From Pseudomonadota bacterium (GTDB taxonomy: Bacteria > Pseudomonadota > Gammaproteobacteria > JAKAQQ01), in contig DAHVLZ010000005.1 of NCBI GenBank assembly GCA_027320085.1, forward strand, positions 35,220 to 99,219: DNA of 64,000 bases, written 5' to 3'. The notes below the pieces were generated by a model. It was not told where the DNA came from and ran no database searches. It saw only the letters and a list, made by a program, of their open reading frames with translations. Position numbers and translations under genes: made by a program. Positions 27,970-38,777 of the stretch are shown here, piece after piece; within the stretch, counting starts at the first letter, position 1; each line of letters begins with the position of its first letter.

Positions 27970-28896
27970 GTGCGGCCCGTATTTCCCCTATCATGCGGGG
28001 AACTCCACACGGAGTCTGCCGTGGGCGGATCGTCGAACTTCCGGCTGAGCATCATTCTGCCGGCCCGCAATGAAGCCCCGGTGCTGGCGGAACTCCTGCC
28101 CCGCATCCGGACGCTCCATCCCGCAGCCGAGCTCCTCGTCGTGGACGACGGATCGACGGACTCGACCGCGGCCGTGGCGGCCGATGCGGGGGCCCGGGTG
28201 ATCCGGCATCCGCATTCGCTCGGCAACGGGGCCGCCGTCAAGTCCGGTGCCCGCGCGGCCACGGGCAGCCACCTGGTCTTTTTGGATGCCGATGGACAGC
28301 ACCCGCCCGAGGACATCTCCCGTCTCCTCGAATCCCTGGAGGAGGGTTATGCGATGGCCGTGGGCGCGCGTGACGCCGGGTCCCAGCAGAACGGATTGCG
28401 GGCGGTGGCCAACCTCGTCTACAACTGGCTCGCGAGCAGGATGGTCGGCCAGAGGGTCCGGGACCTCACCTCCGGTTTCCGGGCCGTCCACGCCGAGACC
28501 TTTAGGCGCTTCCTGTACCTCCTGCCGAACGGTTTTTCCTATCCCACGACCATCACGATGGCCTTCTTCAGGGCCGGCTACCCGGTGGACTACGTGCCCT
28601 TCCATGCCCCGTCCCGCAAGGCCAACCGGAGCCATCTGCGCCCGTTCCGCGACGGGGCCAAGTTCTTCCTGATCATTTTCCGGATCGGTGTGCTCTACTC
28701 CCCGCTCAAGCTCTTCCTGCCCGTGAGTGCCATCCTGTTTCTCCTGGGCTGTGCCCGTTATACCGACACCTACCTCACCTCCGGTATCCTGACCAACATG
28801 AGCGTTCTGCTCTGGATCACCTCCGTGATCACCTTCCTGATCGGTCTCGTCTCGGAACAGATCACGGCCCTGCTCTACCGTGACTCCGCGGCCTGA
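27970..28896 (+). CDS. GT2-family polyprenyl-phosphate sugar synthase (DPM1/ArnC/GtrB-like) with C-terminal TM helices
   Basis: LSIILPARNEAPVLAELL...LVVDDGSTDST...VFLDADGQHPPEDI is the GT-A DXD fold, followed by two C-terminal TM segments. Confidence 0.85.
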   Translation: MRPVFPLSCGELHTESAVGGSSNFRLSIILPARNEAPVLAELLPRIRTLHPAAELLVVDDGSTDSTAAVAADAGARVIRHPHSLGNGAAVKSGARAATGSHLVFLDADGQHPPEDISRLLESLEEGYAMAVGARDAGSQQNGLRAVANLVYNWLASRMVGQRVRDLTSGFRAVHAETFRRFLYLLPNGFSYPTTITMAFFRAGYPVDYVPFHAPSRKANRSHLRPFRDGAKFFLIIFRIGVLYSPLKLFLPVSAILFLLGCARYTDTYLTSGILTNMSVLLWITSVITFLIGLVSEQITALLYRDSAA

Positions 28897-30061
28897 TCCC
28901 GCCGCCGGCCCGGCCCCGCTCCTCATCGTCACCCGCAACTTTCCGCCGGTGATCGGCGGCATCGAGCGGGTCGTGGCGGAGGCGGCCCGGGCCCTCACCC
29001 CCCACTTCCGGGTGGTGGTGGTCGGGCCGGCGGGCGGCGAGACTGGACTGGATCCGGGGATCGATTACCGGCCGGTGGCCCCCGTGCCCGTGCCCCGTTT
29101 TTTCCGGATGACGCGGCAGCTCGCGGCCCGGATCGGCCGTGACCTCAGGCCCGTGGCCGTGCTCGCCGGCAGTGGGGTCATGGCCCCGGCCGCGCGGGCA
29201 GCGGCCCGGGCCGCCGGCTGCCCCGCCTGGGCCTTGGTGCACGGCCTCGATGTGACGATGCGCCATCCCCTGTACCGGGTTTTCTTCGTCCCCTCGATCC
29301 GCCGCCTCGACGGCGTATTGGCGAACAGCCGGGCGACCGCGCGGGCGGCCTGCCGCCTGGGTGTTCCGGCGGCGCGGATCAGCCCGATCGCACTCGGCGT
29401 GGACCGGCCGGAATGGCCGCCGCCGGAAGACATCCGGGGGCGGGTCCGGCGGCGGTGGGGCGTGCCTGCGGAGGCGCGGTTGCTCCTCTTCGTGGGACGG
29501 CTCACCGTGCGCAAGGGCATCGGTCCCTTCATCGAGAACGTGCTGGCGCCCCTGGTCGCGGCCGATCCCGGCATCCATCTCGCGGTCGTGGGATCGGCCC
29601 CCGAGCTGGCGCTCGGGCGGGTCGCGGTCCGTCCGGAGGACCTCAGGCGCCGGGCGGGCCGGGCCGGGGTCGGCGCGCACCTGCATCTGGTGGGTCCCTT
29701 GACCGGAAGGCCGCTCGATGAGGCTTATTTTGCCTCCGATCTCTTCGTGTTCCCCGTTCTGGAACGAGCCGGTGACATGGAAGGTTTCGGTCTCGTGGCC
29801 CTCGAGGCGGCGGCGCATGGGCTTGCGACGGTGGCCTTTGCGACCGGGGGGATACCCGATGCGGTTTCGGATCCCGAAAGCGGTGACCTCGTGCCGCCCG
29901 GGGATTATGGTGCGATGGGTGAGGCCATCCGCCGGCGTCTCGCCCAGGATCCCGGGGTGCGGGGGCGGGCGGCGTGGTGTTTTGCCGGCGAACGCAGCTG
30001 GGCCCGATTCGCCTCCGAACTGCTCGCCTGGATACGCGTGCGACTGCCGCCCGGGATCTGA
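28880..30061 (+). CDS. GT4-family (GT-B) glycosyltransferase
   Basis: 393 aa with the C-terminal EGFGLVALEAAAHGLATVA motif typical of GT4. Overlaps the GT2 gene by 17 bp. Confidence 0.75.
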   Translation: MTPRPDPAAGPAPLLIVTRNFPPVIGGIERVVAEAARALTPHFRVVVVGPAGGETGLDPGIDYRPVAPVPVPRFFRMTRQLAARIGRDLRPVAVLAGSGVMAPAARAAARAAGCPAWALVHGLDVTMRHPLYRVFFVPSIRRLDGVLANSRATARAACRLGVPAARISPIALGVDRPEWPPPEDIRGRVRRRWGVPAEARLLLFVGRLTVRKGIGPFIENVLAPLVAADPGIHLAVVGSAPELALGRVAVRPEDLRRRAGRAGVGAHLHLVGPLTGRPLDEAYFASDLFVFPVLERAGDMEGFGLVALEAAAHGLATVAFATGGIPDAVSDPESGDLVPPGDYGAMGEAIRRRLAQDPGVRGRAAWCFAGERSWARFASELLAWIRVRLPPGI

Positions 30062-30064
30062 CGC

Positions 30065-31999
30065 TCAGGCCCGCGGGAGTCGAGCGTCGAGCCTTTGGAC
30101 CAGGGATTCAAAAACCGGTTTGAGAGACGGGGCCGATCCGAGTTGGGTTCGCGCCCGGGCGAGCCAGGCGCCGGCCTGCCGCCGCCGGCCGTGGGCCAGA
30201 AGCCAGCGGGCACCGAGCAGCCACGGCACGGGGGTTGTGCCGCGGGCCTGGGCGGCGCGCCTGAGATCGGCGAGTGCGGGTCCGAGCCCACCCGTGCGTT
30301 CATTTTCATAGCCTGAATAGATCCAGACCAGAAACCGGTTGTGCTCGCGCATGCGACGCGCGTGGGTGGCCCGGGCGAGCAGGACCCTGATCCGCGATGC
30401 GGGATAACGGCATCGACCGGTGAGTCCGAGGATGGCGAGCCGGGTGAGGGCATTGATCGGGTAGGTGGACAGGTGGAGGGCGTGGGCGGGGATGAGGCGG
30501 GCTCCGGGCTGGCCGGCCGGGAGCCGGTGGTGGATCTCGCAGCGGTAGACCTCCGCCTGGAGTCCGGCCCCGACGATGCCGGAGCGGTCGAGGAGACGGA
30601 TCGCCCGGCGGGTCTCCCCCCGCGCCTCGTCAGCCGCAGCCAGCCCGGAAACCGCGATCGTTGAATGGGGATGCTCGCGGACGCCGCTTTGGTAGAGGCG
30701 GAGGGGGCTGCTCCAGAGCCCGGCCTGCTGGAAGGTCAGGACCAGGAACACGGACCAGACCGGCAGGGGGGCAAGACCCCGGATCCCGGGGGTCCGTCCG
30801 GGTCCGGTCCGCTTCCGGATCGCGGCTTCGAGCAGCCACAGAAGATCGGCGGCGGCGAGGAGGAGGCCGAAGAGCGGCAGGTAGTTCCGGTGGACGAACA
30901 TGAGGTCCAAGGGGATGAAGGTCGACTCCAGGAACTGACCGATCAGGAACCAGGCGATGCCGAAGGTGAGGAGCGGGCGTTTTTTATGGACGGCGAGAGC
31001 CAGGGCGAGGAGGCCGGCCAGGGCGAGGAGGGCCACAATCGTGGTGGGCGGGTTCAGGAGCCCGGTGGAGAGCCGGATGTCGTCGTGGAAGAAACTGACC
31101 CGTGCGGGGGTCGGCCAGAAGGGCATGACGAGATAACGGATGAGGACCCGGGACTCGGTCATGAGTCGTTCCGGGAAGGTGAAGCGGCGGCCCTTGTAGC
31201 CATCGATGATGAAGGAGCGGTCGATCAGGGCCCACGCGAAAAGACCGAGCGCGAGCGCGGTCAGGATCCCGTAGTACCCGCCGAGGAGACGCCGGATCGC
31301 CCGGCTGCCGCGAAAGCGGAAGAAGAGGAGTTCCGCGACGAGCGCCAGAACCGGTGACAGGGCCCCGTTTTCCTTGCTGAACACGGCGAGGAGCGGAAAG
31401 AGGATGAGGCCCGCGAGAAGGGCGGGGAGGGCCGGCTGGTTCTCCAGATTCCGGCACCGTGCCTCGCAGTAGCACCAGAGTGCCGCCAGGCTGAAGAGCG
31501 CGGAGAGGATGGCCATGCGCTGGACGGTATAGAGCACCGTGGCCACCTGCAGGGGTTCGGCCAGGAAGAAGGCGCCGATCCAGAACCCGGCGAGTGCCGC
31601 TCCTCTGCGGCTGGCCCCGGCCAGGCGGAACAGGCGGCGGGCGAGGAGGCCGGCCAGCGTGCCCGCGATGAGGTGCAGGCCCAGGTTCGTGAGGTTGAGG
31701 GCGAGGAGGCTTCCGGGCCAGAGCAGCCGGTCGAGCCAGAAAGTCCACATGCTGACGGGGCGGCCGAGCGGCCCACTCGAGCTCCAGAACGGGTGGAGGA
31801 GCCTCCGGCGTCCGAGATAGGGTCCGAGAACGGGCGCGTCGTCATAGATCAGGATGCCTTGAAGTCCCGGCACGTAGGCCAGGACCGTGAGCAGGCCGGC
31901 AGTGGCCCAGGCCAGGATCCAGAAGCGGCGGGCGGGGGATTTGCCCACCGGGCTGGCCGCCTCCGGGAGCGGCCCGGTCCCGGCTTCAGCCCGCCTCAT
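30065..31999 (-). CDS. Large polytopic membrane glycosyltransferase of GT-C fold (ArnT/PMT/TMTC-like) with C-terminal alpha-helical domain
   Basis: 644 aa with more than 10 predicted TM helices. A YDDAP acidic motif sits in the first periplasmic loop region and the C-terminal 200 aa are soluble. Convergent with the GT4 gene. Confidence 0.55.
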   Translation of the reverse strand: MRRAEAGTGPLPEAASPVGKSPARRFWILAWATAGLLTVLAYVPGLQGILIYDDAPVLGPYLGRRRLLHPFWSSSGPLGRPVSMWTFWLDRLLWPGSLLALNLTNLGLHLIAGTLAGLLARRLFRLAGASRRGAALAGFWIGAFFLAEPLQVATVLYTVQRMAILSALFSLAALWCYCEARCRNLENQPALPALLAGLILFPLLAVFSKENGALSPVLALVAELLFFRFRGSRAIRRLLGGYYGILTALALGLFAWALIDRSFIIDGYKGRRFTFPERLMTESRVLIRYLVMPFWPTPARVSFFHDDIRLSTGLLNPPTTIVALLALAGLLALALAVHKKRPLLTFGIAWFLIGQFLESTFIPLDLMFVHRNYLPLFGLLLAAADLLWLLEAAIRKRTGPGRTPGIRGLAPLPVWSVFLVLTFQQAGLWSSPLRLYQSGVREHPHSTIAVSGLAAADEARGETRRAIRLLDRSGIVGAGLQAEVYRCEIHHRLPAGQPGARLIPAHALHLSTYPINALTRLAILGLTGRCRYPASRIRVLLARATHARRMREHNRFLVWIYSGYENERTGGLGPALADLRRAAQARGTTPVPWLLGARWLLAHGRRRQAGAWLARARTQLGSAPSLKPVFESLVQRLDARLPRA

Positions 32000-33368
32000 C
32001 CCGTTCCAGCTCGCGCAGGAGAGTGGCCGTCATCCGGACGAGCAGGCGGGGGTCGTGACGGGTCTCGAGATTGAGGCGGAGCAGGGACTCGGTATTCGAG
32101 GAACGCAGGTTGAAGCGCCAGTTTTCGTGCTCGATGGAGAGCCCGTCGGTGGTATCGACCGACCGGGCGGTCGGACTGTATTGCTCGGCGATGCGGCCGA
32201 GGGTGGCGGCCGGATCACGGACCTTCCGGTTGATTTCGCCACTCACGGGATAGCGGGTGATGCGGTCCTCGACCAGCTGGGACAGCGACCGGTTGGACTC
32301 GCTCATGATCCGGGCGAGGAGGAGCCAGGGCGCCATCCCGCTGTCGCAGTAGAAGAAATCCCGGAAGTAGTGGTGGCCGCTCATCTCGCCGCCGTAGAGC
32401 GCATCCTCCCGGCGCATCGCCTCCTTGATGAAGGCGTGTCCGGACCGGGTGCAGAGTGTCCGTCCCCCCGCGGCCTCGACGATCTCGCGCGTGTTCCAGA
32501 CCAGGCGGGGATCATGGACGATGAGACCGTCCGGGGATCGGGCCAGGAGGTGGGCGGCAAACAATCCCACGAGATAGTAGCTCTCGATGAAGCGGCCGGT
32601 CTCGTCGTAGAAGAAACACCGGTCGGCATCCCCGTCCCAGGCCAGTCCGAGATCGGCTCCCGTGGCCCGGACGAGCTGGGCGGTCTCGCTCCGGTTCTCC
32701 GGCAGCAGCGGATTCGGGACTCCGTGCGGAAATCGTCCATCCGGCCGTTCGTGGAGCCACGTCCATTCGTAGCCGAAACGGCCGGCCAGCTCGCGGACGA
32801 GGGGACCGGCCATGCCGTTTCCGGCATTGGCCACGATCCGGAGGGGGCGCGGGCTGGGCGTGCCGAAGTGCTGGGTGAGATAGCCGGCCAGCGGGGCGCG
32901 GATGTCGATTCGCCGGCGGGTGCCGGGCGAGGCCGGTTGGCGGTCGGGCAGGGCGAGGCGGGAGGCGATTTCCGGAAGGCCCGTCTCGGCACTGATCGGC
33001 TGGGCGTCCTTCCGGACCAGTTTGAAGCCGTTGTCGGAAGCCGGGTTGTGGCTCGCCGTGACCATGATGCCGCCATCCAGCCCGAGGGAGGCGGTGGCGA
33101 AATACAGTTCCTCGGTCGTGGCATCCCCGATTTCCGTGACGTCGACGCCGTTTTGGGAAAGCGTCTCGGCCAGCCGGTCGGCGAGTTCGGGCCCGCTCAG
33201 GCGGGCATCATGCCCGATGGCGACGCTTTGGGGATTGAGAAAGTCGACATACGCCCGGGCCAGGCGCCGGGCGAAATCGGGATCGATCTCGTCGGGCACA
33301 CGACCTCGGATGTCATAGGCCTTGAAACAGCTCGGGAGATCCGGGTGAGTGGAGCGCGGGGTGGCCAC
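31986..33368 (-). CDS. Phosphomannomutase/phosphoglucomutase (AlgC/ManB type)
   Basis: 460 aa with the active-site TASHNP motif (IMVTASHNPASDNGFK). Confidence 0.85.
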   Translation of the reverse strand: MATPRSTHPDLPSCFKAYDIRGRVPDEIDPDFARRLARAYVDFLNPQSVAIGHDARLSGPELADRLAETLSQNGVDVTEIGDATTEELYFATASLGLDGGIMVTASHNPASDNGFKLVRKDAQPISAETGLPEIASRLALPDRQPASPGTRRRIDIRAPLAGYLTQHFGTPSPRPLRIVANAGNGMAGPLVRELAGRFGYEWTWLHERPDGRFPHGVPNPLLPENRSETAQLVRATGADLGLAWDGDADRCFFYDETGRFIESYYLVGLFAAHLLARSPDGLIVHDPRLVWNTREIVEAAGGRTLCTRSGHAFIKEAMRREDALYGGEMSGHHYFRDFFYCDSGMAPWLLLARIMSESNRSLSQLVEDRITRYPVSGEINRKVRDPAATLGRIAEQYSPTARSVDTTDGLSIEHENWRFNLRSSNTESLLRLNLETRHDPRLLVRMTATLLRELERDEAG

Positions 33369-33398
33369 GGAGTCCCCTCTCGGGTTTTCCCTCCCAAT

Positions 33399-34358
33399 CT
33401 AGCACAGACGCCCGGGTGCCTGGTGGCCGGCGGGCCGTTCGGGATCGAGCCAGGGGCTCGTGCGCGGGACGTGGGCCAGCCGGCTCATTTCGGGATGCGT
33501 GAGGGCCGGTCTCAGAAAGTCCCCCGCGGCGAGCAGGTTCTGGAGGTGGATACCGGTTTTGAGTCCCATCCCCCCGAGCAGGTAGACCACCTCCTCGGTG
33601 GCCACGTTGCCGCTCGCGCCGGGGGCGAAGGGGCAGCCGCCGAGACCGTTCAGGGAGGCATCGACGACGCGGATGCCGGCTTCGATCGCCGTGAGCACGT
33701 TGGCAATGCCCTGCCCGTAGGTATCGTGGAAATGGACGGCGATCCGCGCCAGGGGCACGCGTCCGGCCACGGCGGCGAGCAGGGCGCGAACCTGCCTCGG
33801 TGTGCCGACGCCGATCGTGTCGCCCAGGGAGACCTCGTCCACGCCGGCGGCGAGGAGGCGTTCGGTGAGTTGGGCGACCCGGCCCGGATCGATCCAGCCC
33901 TCGTAGGGGCATCCGATCACCGTCGAGAGATAACCGCGGACCGGCAGCTTGAGCCGGCGGGCCTCGGCGATCACGGGGGTCATGCGCTCGAATGCCCCTT
34001 CGATACCCGTCTCGATGTTGTGGCGGTTGAAGCTTTCGGAGGCCGCCGTGAAAACGGCAATGGCATCGGGGCGGTGGACCAGGGCCCGTTCCAGTCCGAG
34101 GAGGTTGGGGACGAGGGCGGTATAGCGCGTGCCGGGCTGCCGCCGGATCCGGGCCATGACCTGTTCCGCGTCGGCGAGCTGGGGAATGCGGTCCGGACGG
34201 ACAAAACTCGTGACTTCGATCACCGGCAGTCCGGTGTCACTCAGGGCGTCGATCCAGGCGACCTTGAGGTCGGTCGGGATGATCCGGTTTTCATGCTGGA
34301 GGCCGTCGCGCGGGGCGACCTCGACCACGGTGACGAAATCCTCCTCCGGTCGGTTCAT
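33399..34358 (-). CDS. liuE: Hydroxymethylglutaryl-CoA lyase
   Basis: 319 aa from MNRPEEDFVTVVEVAPRDGLQ. HMGL TIM-barrel motifs. The 609-aa track ORF is over-extended. The start overlaps the upstream stop by 4 bp. Confidence 0.9.
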   Translation of the reverse strand: MNRPEEDFVTVVEVAPRDGLQHENRIIPTDLKVAWIDALSDTGLPVIEVTSFVRPDRIPQLADAEQVMARIRRQPGTRYTALVPNLLGLERALVHRPDAIAVFTAASESFNRHNIETGIEGAFERMTPVIAEARRLKLPVRGYLSTVIGCPYEGWIDPGRVAQLTERLLAAGVDEVSLGDTIGVGTPRQVRALLAAVAGRVPLARIAVHFHDTYGQGIANVLTAIEAGIRVVDASLNGLGGCPFAPGASGNVATEEVVYLLGGMGLKTGIHLQNLLAAGDFLRPALTHPEMSRLAHVPRTSPWLDPERPAGHQAPGRLC

Positions 34359-36328
34359 GGCGGAGACTCCTCCTCGAAGACGAGAAGGGGCTGGTCCATC
34401 GAAACCGCATCCCCCACGGCGCAGAGGAGGCTCGCGATCCGGCCGGCCCTTTGGGCTTTGACCGTGTATTCGATTTTCATGCCCTCGAGGACCATGAGCG
34501 CCTCCCCCGCCTCCACCGTCGCGCCCGGCTTGACCCGGATTTCGAGGATCCGGCCCGGGAACGGGCTCAGGCATCCCGTGCTCAGGGCGTCCGTGCCGCC
34601 TGACCCCGCGGCCCCGGGACCGGTCCTCAGCGTGAAGACCTGGGCGATCCCCCGGCAGGCGATGTGGAAGCGATCCCCCGCACGGAGGAGATGGACCGGT
34701 CGGAACTCGCCATCGACCCCGATCAGGGCGGTCTCGGCATCCCGGACCCGGCCCGCAATCCGGTAACAGCCCTCCGCGCATTCGAGTTGCGAGGCGCCGG
34801 CCTCGAGTGGCCGGATGAGCAGAGTCCGGTCCTGCCCGTCGTGCGTGACGAAGAGGTGACAGCCAAGCCCGCCCACGCGGAATGCATCGGCGTGCTCCCA
34901 GGGAGAGGGGGTGGAGTGGGTGGCTGGGGGGTTCTGGAGAGCCCAGGCCAGGGCGGCCCAGTGATGGGGCAGGACCGGCTGTGGGGCGAGCAACTCCTCC
35001 AGCCGTTGTGCGATGAAACCGGTGTCGATCCGGTCTTCGGCCACGCTCGGATGGGCCGCGAGACCGGAGAGCAGGGACAGGTTGGTGGGGAGGGGGGCCA
35101 CCCAGGTGCGGGCCAGGCCTTCCCGCATCCGGGCGAGGGCCGTGGCCCGGTCGGGCCCCCCCACGATGAGCTTGGCGATCAGGGCATCGTAGTCGGTGCC
35201 CAGACGGTCCCCCGCCTCGAAGCCGCAATCGACCCTGAAATCCGGATCCAGCCGCAGGTCATCGAGCCGCCCGGCCGTGGGCAGAAAGCCGCGGGCCGGA
35301 TCCTCGGCATAGAGCCGGACCTCGATGGCATGTCCCTCGCAGTGCACCTCCTCCTGGCGGATGGACAGGGGACGGCCGGAGGCGATTTCGAACTGGAGGG
35401 CGACGAGATCGAGGCCGGTCACGGTCTCGGTCACGGGGTGTTCCACCTGGAGTCGCGTGTTCATTTCGAGAAAATAGAAATCCCCCTGGGGTCCCACCAC
35501 GAACTCGACCGTGCCCACGCCCCGGTAATCGACGGCCCGGGCAGCCTGGAGGGCTGCGTCCAGCAGCCGGGCCCGTGTGTCGGTGCCGACCAGGGACGAG
35601 GGGGCTTCCTCCCATACCTTCTGGTAACGGCGCTGGAGGGTGCATTCCCGCTCGAACAGGTGGATCTGGTGTCCGTGCTGGTCGCCTGCGATCTGGACCT
35701 CGATGTGACGCGGATGCGCGATATAGCGCTCGAGCAGGAGGGCGCCATCCCCAAAGCTCGACTCGGCCTCGCGCCGGGCCCCGGCCAGGGCATCCGCGAG
35801 CTCTCCGGGATCCCGCACGAGGCGCATGCCGCGGCCGCCGCCTCCGAAAACCGCCTTGACGAGCAGGGGAAATCCGATCCGGGCGGCGGCCTGCTCGAAG
35901 GCCGCAGAATCCGTCCCGGTTCCGTCGTAGCCGGGCACCACGGGGATCCCGTTCTGTGCCATGAGTGCCTTGGCCTCGCGTTTCGAGCCCATCAGGGCAA
36001 TCGTCCCGGGTCGGGGTCCCACGAAAACCAGTCCGGCCTCCTCGACGCGCCGGCAGAACTCCGCCTGCTCGGACAAAAAGCCGTAGCCCGGATGGACGGC
36101 ATCGGCGCCGGAACGGTGTGCCACCTCGAGCAGGCGGTCGATCGAGAGGTAGGATGCGGACGGGGCGGCCGGACCGATCGGCCACGCCTCGTCGGCGAGG
36201 AGGGTGTGCCGGCTGCCCCGGTCCGCCTCGGAGTAGACCGCGACCGAACCCATCCCGAGCAGGCGGCAGCTTTTGATGATGCGGCAGGCGATTTCTCCCC
36301 GGTTCGCGATCAGGACCTTGTGGAACAT
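34355..36328 (-). CDS. liuD: Methylcrotonyl-CoA carboxylase alpha subunit (biotin carboxylase + biotinyl domain)
   Basis: 657 aa with the biotin carboxylase N-terminus (KVLIANRGEIA) and the C-terminal biotinylation motif EAMKIE-like (LEGMKIE). Confidence 0.9.
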   Translation of the reverse strand: MFHKVLIANRGEIACRIIKSCRLLGMGSVAVYSEADRGSRHTLLADEAWPIGPAAPSASYLSIDRLLEVAHRSGADAVHPGYGFLSEQAEFCRRVEEAGLVFVGPRPGTIALMGSKREAKALMAQNGIPVVPGYDGTGTDSAAFEQAAARIGFPLLVKAVFGGGGRGMRLVRDPGELADALAGARREAESSFGDGALLLERYIAHPRHIEVQIAGDQHGHQIHLFERECTLQRRYQKVWEEAPSSLVGTDTRARLLDAALQAARAVDYRGVGTVEFVVGPQGDFYFLEMNTRLQVEHPVTETVTGLDLVALQFEIASGRPLSIRQEEVHCEGHAIEVRLYAEDPARGFLPTAGRLDDLRLDPDFRVDCGFEAGDRLGTDYDALIAKLIVGGPDRATALARMREGLARTWVAPLPTNLSLLSGLAAHPSVAEDRIDTGFIAQRLEELLAPQPVLPHHWAALAWALQNPPATHSTPSPWEHADAFRVGGLGCHLFVTHDGQDRTLLIRPLEAGASQLECAEGCYRIAGRVRDAETALIGVDGEFRPVHLLRAGDRFHIACRGIAQVFTLRTGPGAAGSGGTDALSTGCLSPFPGRILEIRVKPGATVEAGEALMVLEGMKIEYTVKAQRAGRIASLLCAVGDAVSMDQPLLVFEEESPP

Positions 36329-36337
36329 GGCGCCTCC

Positions 36338-37147
36338 CTATGGCTCGGGGGTCTGATCGGGCCGCCAGGTGGGCCGGCGTTTTTCGAGGAAGGCGGCGAG
36401 TCCTTCCCGGCCTTCCGGACCGGCGCGGAGCTCGGCGATGAGCCGGATGGTTTCGTCGGCCAGCCGGACCTCGTCGGGAAAGGAGGGGCGCAGGCGCAGG
36501 AGGAGCATCTTCGCGACGCGCTGGGCGTGGGGACCGCCCTTGAGGAGTTCGGTCACGCACGCCTTGAGTGTGGCATCCAGGGATTCCGGCGGCGTGACCC
36601 AGTGGATCAGCCCCATCTTTTGGGCTTGGTCGGCGTCGAACAACTCCCCGGTGAGCAGGTAGCGTCGGAGTGGCCGATGGCCCATGGCGCGGGCGACGTA
36701 GGGGGAGATCAGGGCCGGGATGAGTCCGAGTCTCACCTCGCTCAGCGCAAAGCGCGTCCCGGCTGTCGCGAGGGCGAGATCGCAGGCGGCGATCAATCCG
36801 AGTGCCCCGCCGAAGGCCGCGCCTTCGACCACGGCCAGGGTCGGCGTGGGGAAACGGTCGAGACGCTCGATCAAGGACAAAAGCCTCTGGGCTTCGGCCA
36901 AATTCTCCTCCGGTCCGGCATCGGCCATCTCCCGCATGGTGGCCAGATCGGCCCCGGAACAGAAGGTGCCGCCCGCCCCGCGCAGGATGAGGAGGCGGAG
37001 GGTGGGTTCCCGGGCCAGGGTCTCGAGACGGGTGGTCAGCTCCCGGACCAGGGCGGCATCGAGTGCGTTTCGGACCGCGGGCCGGTTGAGGGTGAGTGTG
37101 ACCACATCCGTGGGGTCCCGGGTCTCGAGCAGAAAGTCCATGGTCAC
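36338..37147 (-). CDS. liuC: Enoyl-CoA hydratase (methylglutaconyl-CoA hydratase candidate)
   Basis: 269 aa of the crotonase fold ([12 protein letters not shown]). Confidence 0.8.
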   Translation of the reverse strand: MTMDFLLETRDPTDVVTLTLNRPAVRNALDAALVRELTTRLETLAREPTLRLLILRGAGGTFCSGADLATMREMADAGPEENLAEAQRLLSLIERLDRFPTPTLAVVEGAAFGGALGLIAACDLALATAGTRFALSEVRLGLIPALISPYVARAMGHRPLRRYLLTGELFDADQAQKMGLIHWVTPPESLDATLKACVTELLKGGPHAQRVAKMLLLRLRPSFPDEVRLADETIRLIAELRAGPEGREGLAAFLEKRRPTWRPDQTPEP

Positions 37148-38751
37148 ATCCTGAAAACGCCGAAGCGGCCGGCCGGGTGCAGGACGGGGGGATCGGTGAC
37201 CAGGCTCAGGGCCAGTCCCAAAACGCGCCGGGTCTCCCGGGGATCGAGGATTCCGTCATCCCACAGGCGGGCCGTGGCGTAGTAGGGGTGTCCCTGGGTT
37301 TCGTACTGCTGCCGGATCTCGGACTCGAACTGTTTTTCCTCGGCCGCGGGGCGAGGCTGGGCGCCCTTGGTGGAGGCGGTCTCGCGCCGGACCATGGACA
37401 GGACCTGGGCGGCCTGCTCGCCCCCCATGACCGAGATACGCGCGTTGGGCCAGCTCCACAGGAACCGGCTGCCGTAGGCCCGTCCGGCCATGGCATAGTT
37501 GCCGGCCCCGAAGGAGCCCCCGATCAGGAGGGTCAGCTTGGGCACGCTCGTGGTCGCCACCGCGTTCACCATCTTGGCCCCATCCTTGGCGATGCCGGCC
37601 TGTTCGTATTTCTGTCCCACCATGAAACCGGTGATGTTCTGCAAGAACAGGAGGGGAATGCCGCGTTGCTCGCAGAGTTCGATGAAGTGGGTGCCCTTCA
37701 GGGCCGATTCGGAGAACAGGATGCCGTTGTTGGCGAGGATGCCGACCGGGTATCCCCAGATCCGGGCGAAGACCGCAACCAGGGTCCGGCCGTAGAGCGG
37801 TTTGAACTCGTCCCAGGCCGAATCGTCGACCAGGCGGGCGATGACCTCGCGGACCTCGTAGGGATGACGCAGGTCCGTCGGAAGAATGCCGTAGAGTTCG
37901 TCGGCCGGGTAGCGCGGCTCCCGGAATGGCCGGCCCTCGCCCCGGGGCGGTGCCGGCAGGCGATCGACCAGTTCCCGGGCCAGGGCGAGGGCCTCTTCAT
38001 CGTTTTCCGCGAGCCGGTCGATGACCCCGGACTGGCGGGTATGCACGTCCCCGCCCCCGAGCGTCTCGGCGTCGACGATCTCGCCGGTCGCCGCCTGGAC
38101 GAGCGGCGGACCCCCCAGAAAGACGGTTCCCTGGTGGCGGACGATGATGGCCTCGTCGCACATGGCCGGCACGTAGGCGCCCCCCGCCGTGCAGGAGCCC
38201 ATGACCAGGGCGATCTGGCTGATCCCGGCCGCGGACAGCCGGGCCTGGTTGTAGAAGATTCTTCCGAAGTGGTCGTGATCGGGGAACACCTCGTCCTGAA
38301 GCGGCAGGAATGCCCCGCCCGAGTCGACGAGGTAGAGACAGGGCAGTCCGTTTTCGAGGGCAATCGTCTGGGCCCGGAGATGTTTCTTCACGGTGAGGGG
38401 GAAATAGGTGCCGCCCTTGACCGTGGCGTCGTTGGCCACCACGAGGACCGGCCGGCCGGCGACCTTTCCGATCCCCGTCACGAGACCGGCTCCCGGTGCG
38501 GCCTGGTCGTAGAGGCCGTGGGCGGCGAGCGGGGACAGTTCAAGAAAGGGACTGGCCGGATCGAGCAGCCGGTCGATCCGGGTCCGGACGAAGAGTTTCC
38601 CCCGTTCCTCGTGCTTGCGTCGGGTTTGGGGTCCGCCGCCCGAGGCCGCCTTCCGGATCCGCTCCGCGAGTTCGAGGGCGAGCGCCTGGTGATGGCGGTA
38701 GCGTTCCTGGTAGTCGGCATCCCGCTTGAGGGTGCTGGTCCAGGGGATCAT
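37144..38751 (-). CDS. liuB: Methylcrotonyl-CoA carboxylase beta subunit (carboxyltransferase)
   Basis: 536 aa from [11 protein letters not shown], carboxyltransferase domain. The 653-aa track ORF is over-extended. Confidence 0.9.
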   Translation of the reverse strand: MIPWTSTLKRDADYQERYRHHQALALELAERIRKAASGGGPQTRRKHEERGKLFVRTRIDRLLDPASPFLELSPLAAHGLYDQAAPGAGLVTGIGKVAGRPVLVVANDATVKGGTYFPLTVKKHLRAQTIALENGLPCLYLVDSGGAFLPLQDEVFPDHDHFGRIFYNQARLSAAGISQIALVMGSCTAGGAYVPAMCDEAIIVRHQGTVFLGGPPLVQAATGEIVDAETLGGGDVHTRQSGVIDRLAENDEEALALARELVDRLPAPPRGEGRPFREPRYPADELYGILPTDLRHPYEVREVIARLVDDSAWDEFKPLYGRTLVAVFARIWGYPVGILANNGILFSESALKGTHFIELCEQRGIPLLFLQNITGFMVGQKYEQAGIAKDGAKMVNAVATTSVPKLTLLIGGSFGAGNYAMAGRAYGSRFLWSWPNARISVMGGEQAAQVLSMVRRETASTKGAQPRPAAEEKQFESEIRQQYETQGHPYYATARLWDDGILDPRETRRVLGLALSLVTDPPVLHPAGRFGVFRM

Positions 38752-38777
38752 GGCCTGGTTTCCATGGCGCGGAGGGC

